Part shown: positions 7,425 through 15,550 of the stretch, one piece after another
Layout of the letters: each line of letters starts with the position of its first letter
Numbering within the stretch: position 1 is the first letter of the stretch
IMG/VR virus record: IMGVR_UViG_3300012347_000474
Coordinates: 1 to 29,573 of that record
DNA from: a virus
Lineage: Duplodnaviria; Caudoviricetes
DNA: 29,573 bases
Strand: one strand, 5' to 3'
Position numbers and translations under genes: made by a program
Notes under the pieces: model-generated
The model's database searches: none
Seen by the model: the letters and a program-made list of their open reading frames with translations, nothing else
What the model was told of the DNA's origin: nothing

Positions 7425-7699
7425 TACTCCTTACTTCCACTTAAAGGTTCACCTGCATAAGAAGAATCGATTGTTGGTTGAGTTTCGAATTTAGAAATAA
7501 GATTTCTTTTTATTCTAATTGAATTGAATTTATTTGCAACTCTATCTTGTGGTGATGATAACTTACTCATATGCTCTTTATCCCATTTGGATTTACAAAT
7601 TGCATATGCCTGATCATTTTCATATGTTTGAGTTTCTTCACTCATGCATCTACCGATGAATTCTTCTTCGTTTTCTGTTTTTCCTGGATTAATTGGCAT
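7424..7699 (-). CDS. Small conserved phage protein (E..FI.RCM...AIC..W motif)
   Basis: PGKTENEEEFIGRCMSEE...QAYAICKSKW; downstream of the protease gene. Confidence 0.65.
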   Translation of the reverse strand: MPINPGKTENEEEFIGRCMSEETQTYENDQAYAICKSKWDKEHMSKLSSPQDRVANKFNSIRIKRNLISKFETQPTIDSSYAGEPLSGSKE

Positions 7700-7700
7700 A

Positions 7701-8033
7701 TTATATTACGTTATATGTTTTGTTATTAAATCTAAATTTCTTCACAGTGTCCCACGTAAGGGTTCTCCATCTACCTTCTAAACCAACCACAGATATATTA
7801 ACCATACCTTCTGCTTCTTTTGTATCAGTTCCACCATCAATACCATTACCGATTGGGCCATCAATCCAATACATATCGTAATAACGAGTATTTCCTTCCA
7901 TCGTAGTCCATTGAACTTTAACGGGATTAGATGGAGTTGATTGATTCATCAGAACATCCTCAAATTGTGAGAATGGAACTGAAGGAGCAAATTCCAATAT
8001 CTTCTTATGTGCGGTATTAGAGTCCATTTGCAA
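7701..8033 (-). CDS. SH3-like beta-barrel (WYL-like) protein
   Basis: VKVQWTTMEGNTR...GRWRTLTWDTV resembles the F.K.DG..R...WRSF pattern of WYL-like/DUF2693 folds. Confidence 0.5.
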   Translation of the reverse strand: MQMDSNTAHKKILEFAPSVPFSQFEDVLMNQSTPSNPVKVQWTTMEGNTRYYDMYWIDGPIGNGIDGGTDTKEAEGMVNISVVGLEGRWRTLTWDTVKKFRFNNKTYNVI

Positions 8034-8655
8034 TTACTTTTTTAATATATGATAATAGAACCTCTGATTCCATTTCACTTAACTCTTCAATATCTTTTGT
8101 AAATAATTGTGAGAACTTTTCAGTTGTTGCTTTATGTTCGAAGACACCTTCGATTGAGAATCCTAAATATTTACCTTCTTTTACATCTTTCCAAACCTCA
8201 TCATTATCTACTTTGTAGATTCCAAACCAAGTTCCTTTAGGTAAAGTAAATCCATATAAGTTAGATTTATCTTTAGAAGATTGTTCTATAATCCAACTCT
8301 CTGTAAGGTAAACATCATTCACTTTTGTTTGGTGGTCAACTGTCACCTCATTAGTAAACTTATTCTTCATAAACTTTCTTGCAATCTTTTCAATTGTTTC
8401 AGGTTTGAAGAATACATTATACATACCTAAATTTTCATCATAACGAATTATTTTCTTATGAGGAACAAGTAAAGGACCTGCAACTAATCTTTTTTCATCA
8501 TCGATGGATTCAAACTTTATTTCTTTTTGTTTATTAAAAGCCACAAAGTTTCTTTCGATTGCAGGTGATTCCACAAAACTATTTGCGAATACACCATCCT
8601 CATCTCCCTCAAGTGTCAATTCATATAAATCTAAATCTTCTAAATTTCCTAACAT
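8017..8655 (-). CDS. Prohead serine protease, XkdF-like
   Basis: GPLLVP, ETIEKIARKF, VDH, ESWII, PKGTW, GFSIEG; likely start ATG 8655 (MLGNLEDL). Confidence 0.85.
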   Translation of the reverse strand: MLGNLEDLDLYELTLEGDEDGVFANSFVESPAIERNFVAFNKQKEIKFESIDDEKRLVAGPLLVPHKKIIRYDENLGMYNVFFKPETIEKIARKFMKNKFTNEVTVDHQTKVNDVYLTESWIIEQSSKDKSNLYGFTLPKGTWFGIYKVDNDEVWKDVKEGKYLGFSIEGVFEHKATTEKFSQLFTKDIEELSEMESEVLLSYIKKVIANGL

Positions 8656-8659
8656 AATA

Positions 8660-8691
8660 TTTGGTTTTTTCAAAAATATTTCGTATATTTG
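8660..8691 (+). promoter_or_regulatory. Bacteroidota primary-sigma promoter for the homing endonuclease
   Basis: TTTG(8660)-N20-TATATTTG(8684-8691), an exact consensus match. Confidence 0.8.
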
Positions 8692-8700
8692 TAATATTAA

Positions 8701-8707
8701 TATAACA
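8701..8707 (-). promoter_or_regulatory. Phage late promoter motif TGTTATA upstream of the protease...bS21 block
   Basis: Plus-strand TATAACA. Confidence 0.6.
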
Positions 8708-8720
8708 AACAAATTACTAT

Positions 8721-9182
8721 ATGTATTACATCTATCACATCAAAGGAGTTAAATGGGGTTGTAGTAAAAGACTTGAAAAAAGGTTAAAACAACAAGGATA
8801 TACTATTAATGACACTTGTGAAATAATAGAAGAATCTGATTTAGATACTGCAGCTGATTTAGAAAAACATCTTAATATAAAATATGGATACTCTTGGAGA
8901 GATGACCAAGATTATAGAGTTGTATTAGAAGCAGGGAAACAATCATACAAATATAAAAAAAGAAAAGGGCCTCTTAATACTTTTACAAAAAAAGATTGTC
9001 AATTAGGAGGCTATATTACTGGTAAGAAAAAAGGTGAAAAACAACAAATTGCTAGAAGAAATAATATTGCTAAACTGAATGTTTATCACACTTGTCCCCA
9101 TTGTGGAATACATACTCGTGGTGTAGCATATTTCCGTTATCATGGGGACAAGTGTAAATTAAATCCTAACCACCAAAAGTAG
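8721..9182 (+). CDS. Free-standing GIY-YIG-like homing endonuclease with C-terminal Zn ribbon
   Basis: YYIYHI...KWGCS..LEKR...E pattern; CPHCG...RYHGDKCK; the only convincing plus-strand gene. Confidence 0.7.
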   Translation: MYYIYHIKGVKWGCSKRLEKRLKQQGYTINDTCEIIEESDLDTAADLEKHLNIKYGYSWRDDQDYRVVLEAGKQSYKYKKRKGPLNTFTKKDCQLGGYITGKKKGEKQQIARRNNIAKLNVYHTCPHCGIHTRGVAYFRYHGDKCKLNPNHQK

Positions 9183-11193
9183 CAGCGTTATTAGTTCTTC
9201 TTGACAGAGCCTGAGCAGATGATACATCACTTGCAACTACATATGTTTTAATTGCTTTACCACTAGATTGTCCAATTGTTTGTGCAATTTGTGATGTTGG
9301 TGAAGATGTTGTTACTCCACTTTGAACTTGTGGTGCTGCCATTCCTCTTGGAACTGAATATGATGGTGCTGCACCTGCAGTTCCTCCACCACCTTCTCCA
9401 CCACCTCCAGGTATCTTAACCGCACGGATTGCATCAATACCTTTCTTAGCACTCATTACCGCAGATGCAGCTTGAATACCTGCAGCAGCTAAGTTAGCCC
9501 ATGCAAGTGGTGATGTTACACCACCATCTTTAACGAAGTTCTTTGATGCATTAACTGCAATGGATGCAATTGCTGCTGCTTGTTCTAACACAATACCTGC
9601 AATCGCCAATCCTTTGTTCTCACCTGCAATTTGTTGTAAGAACTTACCAGCAGAACCAACTGCATTTGCATATGCCATTTGGAGTTCTGCTCTTGCTTCT
9701 AATTCTGCTTTAGTGCTATTTGTTATTTCCTTTTCAACATCACCAATAGATTTAGCGTATTTACTTCTAATCTCTAATTGTTTTGCTGCATCATCTGCTG
9801 CTGCAACTAATTCAATATCTCTTTGTTGTTGTAAAAGGGTTTTCTTTTCTTCTAAACGTAGAATATCATCCTGAAAATCTCTTTCTCTTAATGCATTTAG
9901 ATTATCAATTGCAGTGATTTCATCCTGAATTTGTTGGAAAGATATTTGTCTTCCTTCTTCTTCTGCTTTCTTTCTTCTATCAGCAAGTGTTTTTGCCTTA
10001 TCAGCAGCAATCTGTTGTTTCTCTAAATTGGTTTCTGCGTATTGTTCTCTTAATACAAGTAATCTATCTTGATACTCTTCTTCCTTAATAACTCCAGAAT
10101 TGAATTGAGTTTCTAATTCTAATTGTATTTCATCAAACTCTTGCTTACGTTTTTCTTTATTGATTGCAAGTTGTCTTTCTCTGAATCCTGCCTTTTGAGT
10201 TTGGAATCCTGCTTCTAATGTAAGAATCTGAGCTGTGTAATCTCTGTATTCATTAGATTCAGCTTTGTATTGTTTTCTTAAATCTTCTAAATCTTTCTTC
10301 TTCTTATCGAATGTAAGTTTAGCAAATTTCTCTTCAACGTATAATTTTTGTTGTTCAGTTTTTGCTCTTGCTAACTCTCTTGCTTTTTCTTTTTCAAGTT
10401 GAGCATCTTCTAACTTATCCACAGATTGCATTCTAGCAATTCTATCATCGAATGCTTTCTTATCTGCAGCCTCTCTCTCTTCTTTCTTCTTCTTTAGGTC
10501 TTCTAATCTTTTCTTCTCATCTTCTGCAAGTTTCTGTGCATATTCATTATTTTCTTCTAATGATGCAGTAACTTCTTGTATTTTTTTAGCATCTGCACCG
10601 AAGAATTGTGCAACCTTATTCATCACAGTTCCTAATGCTTCGAATCCTTTGGTTATAATAGGTAATACTGCTAAACCAACTTTCTCTAAAAGAGCAAAGA
10701 ATGGAGCCATTACCTTATTAAGTGCAGATGTTACTGCAGATAATGCAGCAGTTCCTTCTTTGGTTTTAGATAATGCTTCCTTTATTCCAATGAATGCTGC
10801 AACTAATAAACCAAAAATACCTAATGAGACAGTTAAAGTTTTTCCAAAGGTTGCAAAGGAATCACCAACCGTCTTTAATCCACCACCAATTTGTCCCAAT
10901 GGACCTGGTAGAGATGCTAAACGGTCTTCAAATTGTCCTGCTTTAAACTTTGCTCTGTCCTGAGTATCATTTAAATCATCCAACTTTGCACGTAAATCTT
11001 CGTATTCCTTACCAGTTGCCTTACCTTGCTGTTCTAACTTTTGCATGGCTTGGACAGTTTCTCTTACTTGAGCACGAAGAGAACTAGCTGATTCACTAGC
11101 CTTTTTAGCCTTTTTACCAAAATCTTCTACTTCTTCACCTGCTTCACCTGCGTTAGTTTTTAACTCTAATTCAGCTGTTATCTTTTCTGCCAT
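9166..11193 (-). CDS. Tape measure protein
   Basis: 675 aa, Ala/Gly hydrophobic segments flanking a long charged coiled coil; C-terminal IKTYVVASDVSSAQ. Confidence 0.8.
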   Translation of the reverse strand: MAEKITAELELKTNAGEAGEEVEDFGKKAKKASESASSLRAQVRETVQAMQKLEQQGKATGKEYEDLRAKLDDLNDTQDRAKFKAGQFEDRLASLPGPLGQIGGGLKTVGDSFATFGKTLTVSLGIFGLLVAAFIGIKEALSKTKEGTAALSAVTSALNKVMAPFFALLEKVGLAVLPIITKGFEALGTVMNKVAQFFGADAKKIQEVTASLEENNEYAQKLAEDEKKRLEDLKKKKEEREAADKKAFDDRIARMQSVDKLEDAQLEKEKARELARAKTEQQKLYVEEKFAKLTFDKKKKDLEDLRKQYKAESNEYRDYTAQILTLEAGFQTQKAGFRERQLAINKEKRKQEFDEIQLELETQFNSGVIKEEEYQDRLLVLREQYAETNLEKQQIAADKAKTLADRRKKAEEEGRQISFQQIQDEITAIDNLNALRERDFQDDILRLEEKKTLLQQQRDIELVAAADDAAKQLEIRSKYAKSIGDVEKEITNSTKAELEARAELQMAYANAVGSAGKFLQQIAGENKGLAIAGIVLEQAAAIASIAVNASKNFVKDGGVTSPLAWANLAAAGIQAASAVMSAKKGIDAIRAVKIPGGGGEGGGGTAGAAPSYSVPRGMAAPQVQSGVTTSSPTSQIAQTIGQSSGKAIKTYVVASDVSSAQALSRRTNNAATFGG

Positions 11194-11329
11194 ACCAAAT
11201 ACGTTTAATTAGTTGTCTAAAGGATTTCCAAGTAGTAGGATATTCATATCTACCCATTGCAGTGTCAATTCTTTCGGATTGTCCGTAGAACTCATCTAAC
11301 TGCAATAAATCAATTAATTGTGAAATCAT
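11171..11329 (-). CDS. Small protein preceding the tape measure, 52 aa (not in ORF track)
   Basis: MISQLIDLLQLDEFYGQSERIDTAMGRYEYPTTWKSFRQLIKRIWYGRKDNS; first ATG after the late promoter at 11344. Confidence 0.75.
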   Translation of the reverse strand: MISQLIDLLQLDEFYGQSERIDTAMGRYEYPTTWKSFRQLIKRIWYGRKDNS

Positions 11330-11343
11330 ATAATGTTTTAGTA

Positions 11344-11350
11344 TATAACA
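11344..11350 (-). promoter_or_regulatory. Phage late promoter motif TGTTATA
   Basis: Plus-strand TATAACA in the gap between the GT block and the tape measure unit. Confidence 0.65.
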
Positions 11351-11366
11351 ATAGTAATCCTTAAAA

Positions 11367-12056
11367 TTAGTGAGGTAGTTTAGACCAATAGTCTTCTCTG
11401 AAATGAGGGTTTAAGTGAATGATACCCTTTTCGGTATTAGATTTATCAGTTAAGTGGTAGATTTCTTCATTAGGTCTATCACCCATTCCACTAATATGAT
11501 ATACACCCATACCCCATCTATATATCATTGTATATTTACCTTCATCACCAATATGGATATCAGCATTATTGTGGAATGTCAACCAATTATCCTCGCCGAT
11601 AGATTTGTCGATTATGCTACCAATTTTTTTTAGATAGTTCCAATTATAACAATTGCCGTTATTAATCGAATCACCATATCCTTCAAATTGGTTATGACAC
11701 ATATAGTAATGTTTCTGGTCTCTTAGGATATCTTTGTTAGGATGGAGTATTCTATATCGTTCGTTTATTTCCAACGCATAGGGTGATAATAAATCATCAT
11801 CATCTAATCGGTATATCCATTGTGAGTTACATTGTGTAAACCCATACTCTAACTTCTTACCAACGGATGAAAATCGTTCCTTACAATTGATTATTCTGAT
11901 ATTAGGATGTTCAAATCTATACTCTACATCGGGTGAATCGTTGATGATTACCATTTCAGATTGAAATTTGTAGGGTTCGTATTGTAGAAGATAAGATTGT
12001 ATTGCCTCTTCTAACAGATGTTTTCTTTGGTAAGTTAAGGTTAAAATGGATATCAT
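11367..12056 (-). CDS. Glycosyltransferase family 2
   Basis: ISILTLTYQR..LLEEAIQS, EMVIINDS, RLDDDD. Confidence 0.88.
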   Translation of the reverse strand: MISILTLTYQRKHLLEEAIQSYLLQYEPYKFQSEMVIINDSPDVEYRFEHPNIRIINCKERFSSVGKKLEYGFTQCNSQWIYRLDDDDLLSPYALEINERYRILHPNKDILRDQKHYYMCHNQFEGYGDSINNGNCYNWNYLKKIGSIIDKSIGEDNWLTFHNNADIHIGDEGKYTMIYRWGMGVYHISGMGDRPNEEIYHLTDKSNTEKGIIHLNPHFREDYWSKLPH

Positions 12057-12664
12057 AGAGATTTAAATAAGTTTATATCGTTTAATTGAATTTGAGAAAA
12101 TTCGTTTTTAATAGAAGTAATGGATACTTCTTTATAATCAATACCAACTCCTTTTATTCTATATGGAGTTAGATGTTTAACTAAATAATCATCACCACAC
12201 GCAATCTTTAATCCTTCTGGTATAGGTAACCAATTTTCTTTAGTTAAAAAGAAACAACATCCCCATCCCCAATCTCTTACTCCCATTCTTTCTAAGGTAA
12301 GTTCTGATGTGGGATTTCTATTGTAATTGGAAGTAGATTGGCCAATTACTCCTAAGTGGATGTTCTCTAAAATAAAAGGTAAGATGTTAATATCCCAGAC
12401 TAAATCATCGTTGGTGATACAAAGGTTATCAAACTTAGATAATTCTACTCCTAAATTCCATGCTGGATTAACATAAATGTTTTCTTCTTGTTCTAATATG
12501 ATAATCTTATCAGTATTATTGATTTGAGCGGGTCTCTCTCCCTTATTATTATCAATTAGTATTATCTCCCCAACCAAAGGTGAAGACTCCAAGTTATCCA
12601 ATAACTTGAAGATTTTATCTGAATACCACATTGTTGGTATTATTACCGAAAATTTATCCTTCAT
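12053..12664 (-). CDS. Glycosyltransferase family 2-like
   Basis: FSVIIPT, EIILIDN, YVNPAWNLG, CITNDD. Confidence 0.85.
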   Translation of the reverse strand: MKDKFSVIIPTMWYSDKIFKLLDNLESSPLVGEIILIDNNKGERPAQINNTDKIIILEQEENIYVNPAWNLGVELSKFDNLCITNDDLVWDINILPFILENIHLGVIGQSTSNYNRNPTSELTLERMGVRDWGWGCCFFLTKENWLPIPEGLKIACGDDYLVKHLTPYRIKGVGIDYKEVSITSIKNEFSQIQLNDINLFKSL

Positions 12665-13643
12665 AATTTTTAATTTTTTGTTTTATATCGTTGTATATCC
12701 AAGTAGAAACTGAATATAATCCATTCTCATCTAACTCATCTATTAACCATTCTTCTTTTTGGTCTTTAGAATGTAACCACATATGTGATAGATGTGGGTA
12801 TAAATGGGATACTGCACTATAAAATGTTAATGCAGTTTCTTTGTCACATTTGTAAAATCCCCACTCATAATCGTTTACATTTGGTAACATATGCCACAAT
12901 TCACACATCTCACCACCTAATACACATCTATCCCATTGAGAACTAGCAGATACGAAATCTTCAAATAGATAAAGTAAGGTTAAACCATAGTTCCACTTAT
13001 CACCAAACTCTTTTATCCATTTATTACAGGTTTCATTTGTAATTGATTGCCAACTCCAATCTCCACCTATCCATACTATATCATCGTATTCCCCAAACTT
13101 TGGATTGTTTAACATATCCCAAATAAAAGGTGAATTGGGTTGGAAGTTTTGCCAACAATCATTACGTGGAAAGGTATTGATTTCATCCCATCCTCTTAAC
13201 TCTCTTGTCCAACCTGGCACACAATCTTTGGGTTCTATCTTATTGTAGAATGAGGTATGTGGGTCATAACTCCTACAAATTAAGTTTTTAGTATCTGACA
13301 TTGTTTTAATACACAAATCATCAGTATCTACATAACTACCACCGAATTGGTAAAGTAGAATCAATCTAAATAAGTCACTAAAATCTCGAGGATGGCCACT
13401 AATGTATTTATCTATCTTTTTATCTGACATTGGAATACCATCAAAAAATGATTTATCCCATTTCTGAACTTTTATATCGAACTTATCATCAAAGTGAGAT
13501 TGTTCTAAAGTATTAGTTACTAATACTATCTGTCTATTTGGATTGAATACTCTTGTTGAGTAAATGGAATCTTTTAGGATTTTTAATCGATTAGGGTGTA
13601 TATCACCATCCCAATAGAACCATATAGGGTTTATATCAAACAT
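12654..13643 (-). CDS. DXD glycosyltransferase (Gly_transf_sug / GT32, OCH1-like)
   Basis: SDLFRLILLYQFGGSYVDTD motif; likely start ATG 13643 (MFDINPIWFYW). Confidence 0.85.
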   Translation of the reverse strand: MFDINPIWFYWDGDIHPNRLKILKDSIYSTRVFNPNRQIVLVTNTLEQSHFDDKFDIKVQKWDKSFFDGIPMSDKKIDKYISGHPRDFSDLFRLILLYQFGGSYVDTDDLCIKTMSDTKNLICRSYDPHTSFYNKIEPKDCVPGWTRELRGWDEINTFPRNDCWQNFQPNSPFIWDMLNNPKFGEYDDIVWIGGDWSWQSITNETCNKWIKEFGDKWNYGLTLLYLFEDFVSASSQWDRCVLGGEMCELWHMLPNVNDYEWGFYKCDKETALTFYSAVSHLYPHLSHMWLHSKDQKEEWLIDELDENGLYSVSTWIYNDIKQKIKNYEG

Positions 13644-14572
13644 GATTTCTTTGCAGTTTTCTGTATCCAGAACCAATACCACCAACTAGCAGTTCCTTTA
13701 TTTGGTTCTTCACACTTATTATAAGGTAATTCGTTTATGTATTTTGCTTTGTAAAATAAACCTGATGTATCATTTACTACACCTGCATTGTGCATGATGT
13801 TCATTCTAAAGTATTCGGATTCAGATGATGTTCCCCAACTGAAATCAAAATTGGAATGTGGAATGGTTTTATATCCCATTAACCAACCTTTCCATAATAC
13901 TGACCACATATCACTACACCAGATTTGTAATTCATGATAAGATGGATTCTCTAATTTCTTTTGATTATTGATATCGGTAATTTCTTTAAATAATCTATCG
14001 CACTTTTCTTCTACCCAATTCCAATAATTAAAATCAATACCTTTCATTAGGTATTGTGCACCGATACAATTTAATTCGTTTTCTTTGATGACATCTTTGG
14101 ATATATCCATTATAGAACACATCTCATCTAAGATATCTTCACCTTTACCACTAATATAATCGTGTCCTATATACCATCTTACATCAGAACCATACCAATT
14201 ATTATCTTGCACCATTTCAAAGGTAATCCAATCGTTTGGATTTTTAGTGAATATAATATCACAATCATGATAAAAGATGGTATCTCTTTGTAGATAAGGG
14301 TGTTCCTTAAAGTGTTGTTTTAGGATATTAGGACGAATAGATGATATATAATGGTTATTCTCTCTTGTATCATCGTAAAAGAAGAATCTACAAGGATATG
14401 TTTCTGCTAGTTTAATCCAATCTTCTGGTATTATACCATTGGGTTTCCAACATACTATATCCATATCATTTGGATTTATTCCAACTGACATAAAATTATT
14501 TATCATTACCTCAATCTGCCACGAATAATATTTCGTAGAAGGTTGAGCACATAGGTATCTCAATTTCCTCAT
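13631..14572 (-). CDS. GT-A fold glycosyltransferase resembling peptide O-glycosyltransferases (HPAT GT95 / SGT GT96)
   Basis: YYSWQ..M..NF...G; Y...IRP; FYHDCDIIF; WCSDMW; late HNAG. Confidence 0.65.
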   Translation of the reverse strand: MRKLRYLCAQPSTKYYSWQIEVMINNFMSVGINPNDMDIVCWKPNGIIPEDWIKLAETYPCRFFFYDDTRENNHYISSIRPNILKQHFKEHPYLQRDTIFYHDCDIIFTKNPNDWITFEMVQDNNWYGSDVRWYIGHDYISGKGEDILDEMCSIMDISKDVIKENELNCIGAQYLMKGIDFNYWNWVEEKCDRLFKEITDINNQKKLENPSYHELQIWCSDMWSVLWKGWLMGYKTIPHSNFDFSWGTSSESEYFRMNIMHNAGVVNDTSGLFYKAKYINELPYNKCEEPNKGTASWWYWFWIQKTAKKSCLI

Positions 14573-14618
14573 AACATAAAGTTGAATTACTTATATATAT
14601 CAACTTTTTAGATTTACA

Positions 14619-15530
14619 TTAAACACATGCAACATCACACCTAGCAACTAAATCTAAAGTTAAAGTAGTTCCTAAATCACCACTTACAACCGTATAAGTT
14701 CCTGTTGATAAGAATGTTACACCTAAATCACAACTTGCATCAATTATAATACCAGTTGTGTATGCATTAGCATAATCATTTGGATCACCACATCCTGTGA
14801 CATTTATTTCAGCATAAATCACATCACCTACTTCTAATCCAGTCCATGTACCAGTTGATGTAATACTTCTACTTTCAACTATACTACCATTAACGTAGAT
14901 ATCCATAGTTCCATTTCCACCATTAAACTCAGCAAAACTCCAATTTAAATTAGCAGTTGTGGGTGCAAGTGTAGTTGTCTGCGGTGCAAGTGTAGTCGTT
15001 TGTGGTGCAAGAGTGGTGGTAGTTTGTGGTGCAAGTGTAGTAGTTTGTGGTGGAATCGTAGTTGTTGATCCAACACAAGTTGTAGGTGTTGCAGTAGTAA
15101 ATTGTAACGTATAATCAGTATGTGCAAATACTTGTAAATAATAGGTATTAGGATCACTTTCTATCTTATAGTAACCATCTGTGTAACTATTGTAAGACCA
15201 TATTGGAGTTGTTCCTTCTAATGATTCACAAGTGCTTTGATTAAGATTATACATTAAGTAAGTATATTTTATAGGCAATGTTGTAGTTGGTGTGCTTATA
15301 TCTTCAATTATTGAGTTACCACATTCTGATGCAAGAGAAGTTAATCTAATACATTGTGCAGAAGAATCGATTGTGCAATAAGCATATGAACCAACTGAAG
15401 GTAAGAATAAATCTGTTCCATCAACAGATTGTGTGTAATTTATACAATCAGCTGAGTATTGCACAGAGAAATTAGGTCCTGCATCAGCACCTAATTCCGT
15501 TAACGTTATTTTTCTTATTTGGTTTGCCAT
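14619..15530 (-). CDS. Virion appendage protein with mucin-like Thr/Pro linker and Cys-containing beta domains
   Basis: (QTTTLAP)n linker; follows the tail hub genes. Confidence 0.65.
   Translation of the reverse strand: MANQIRKITLTELGADAGPNFSVQYSADCINYTQSVDGTDLFLPSVGSYAYCTIDSSAQCIRLTSLASECGNSIIEDISTPTTTLPIKYTYLMYNLNQSTCESLEGTTPIWSYNSYTDGYYKIESDPNTYYLQVFAHTDYTLQFTTATPTTCVGSTTTIPPQTTTLAPQTTTTLAPQTTTLAPQTTTLAPTTANLNWSFAEFNGGNGTMDIYVNGSIVESRSITSTGTWTGLEVGDVIYAEINVTGCGDPNDYANAYTTGIIIDASCDLGVTFLSTGTYTVVSGDLGTTLTLDLVARCDVACV
14956..15066 (-). repeat. Coding tandem repeat (21-24 bp units) encoding PQTTT(T)LA x4
   Basis: ggtgcaagtgtagt-like units repeated in frame. Confidence 0.9.
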
Positions 15531-15550
15531 AAATTTATTTAATTATAATA

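Noticed and set aside
11367-14572. GT block as serotype conversion or DNA glycosylation
   Set aside because: No membrane GtrA/GtrC-type genes, no integrase, and no hydroxymethylase/TET or polymerase genes. Not excluded, but less consistent than virion modification.
14956-15066. Short direct repeats as a CRISPR array
   Set aside because: Units are adjacent with no spacers, vary at synonymous positions and lie in frame in a CDS; no cas genes
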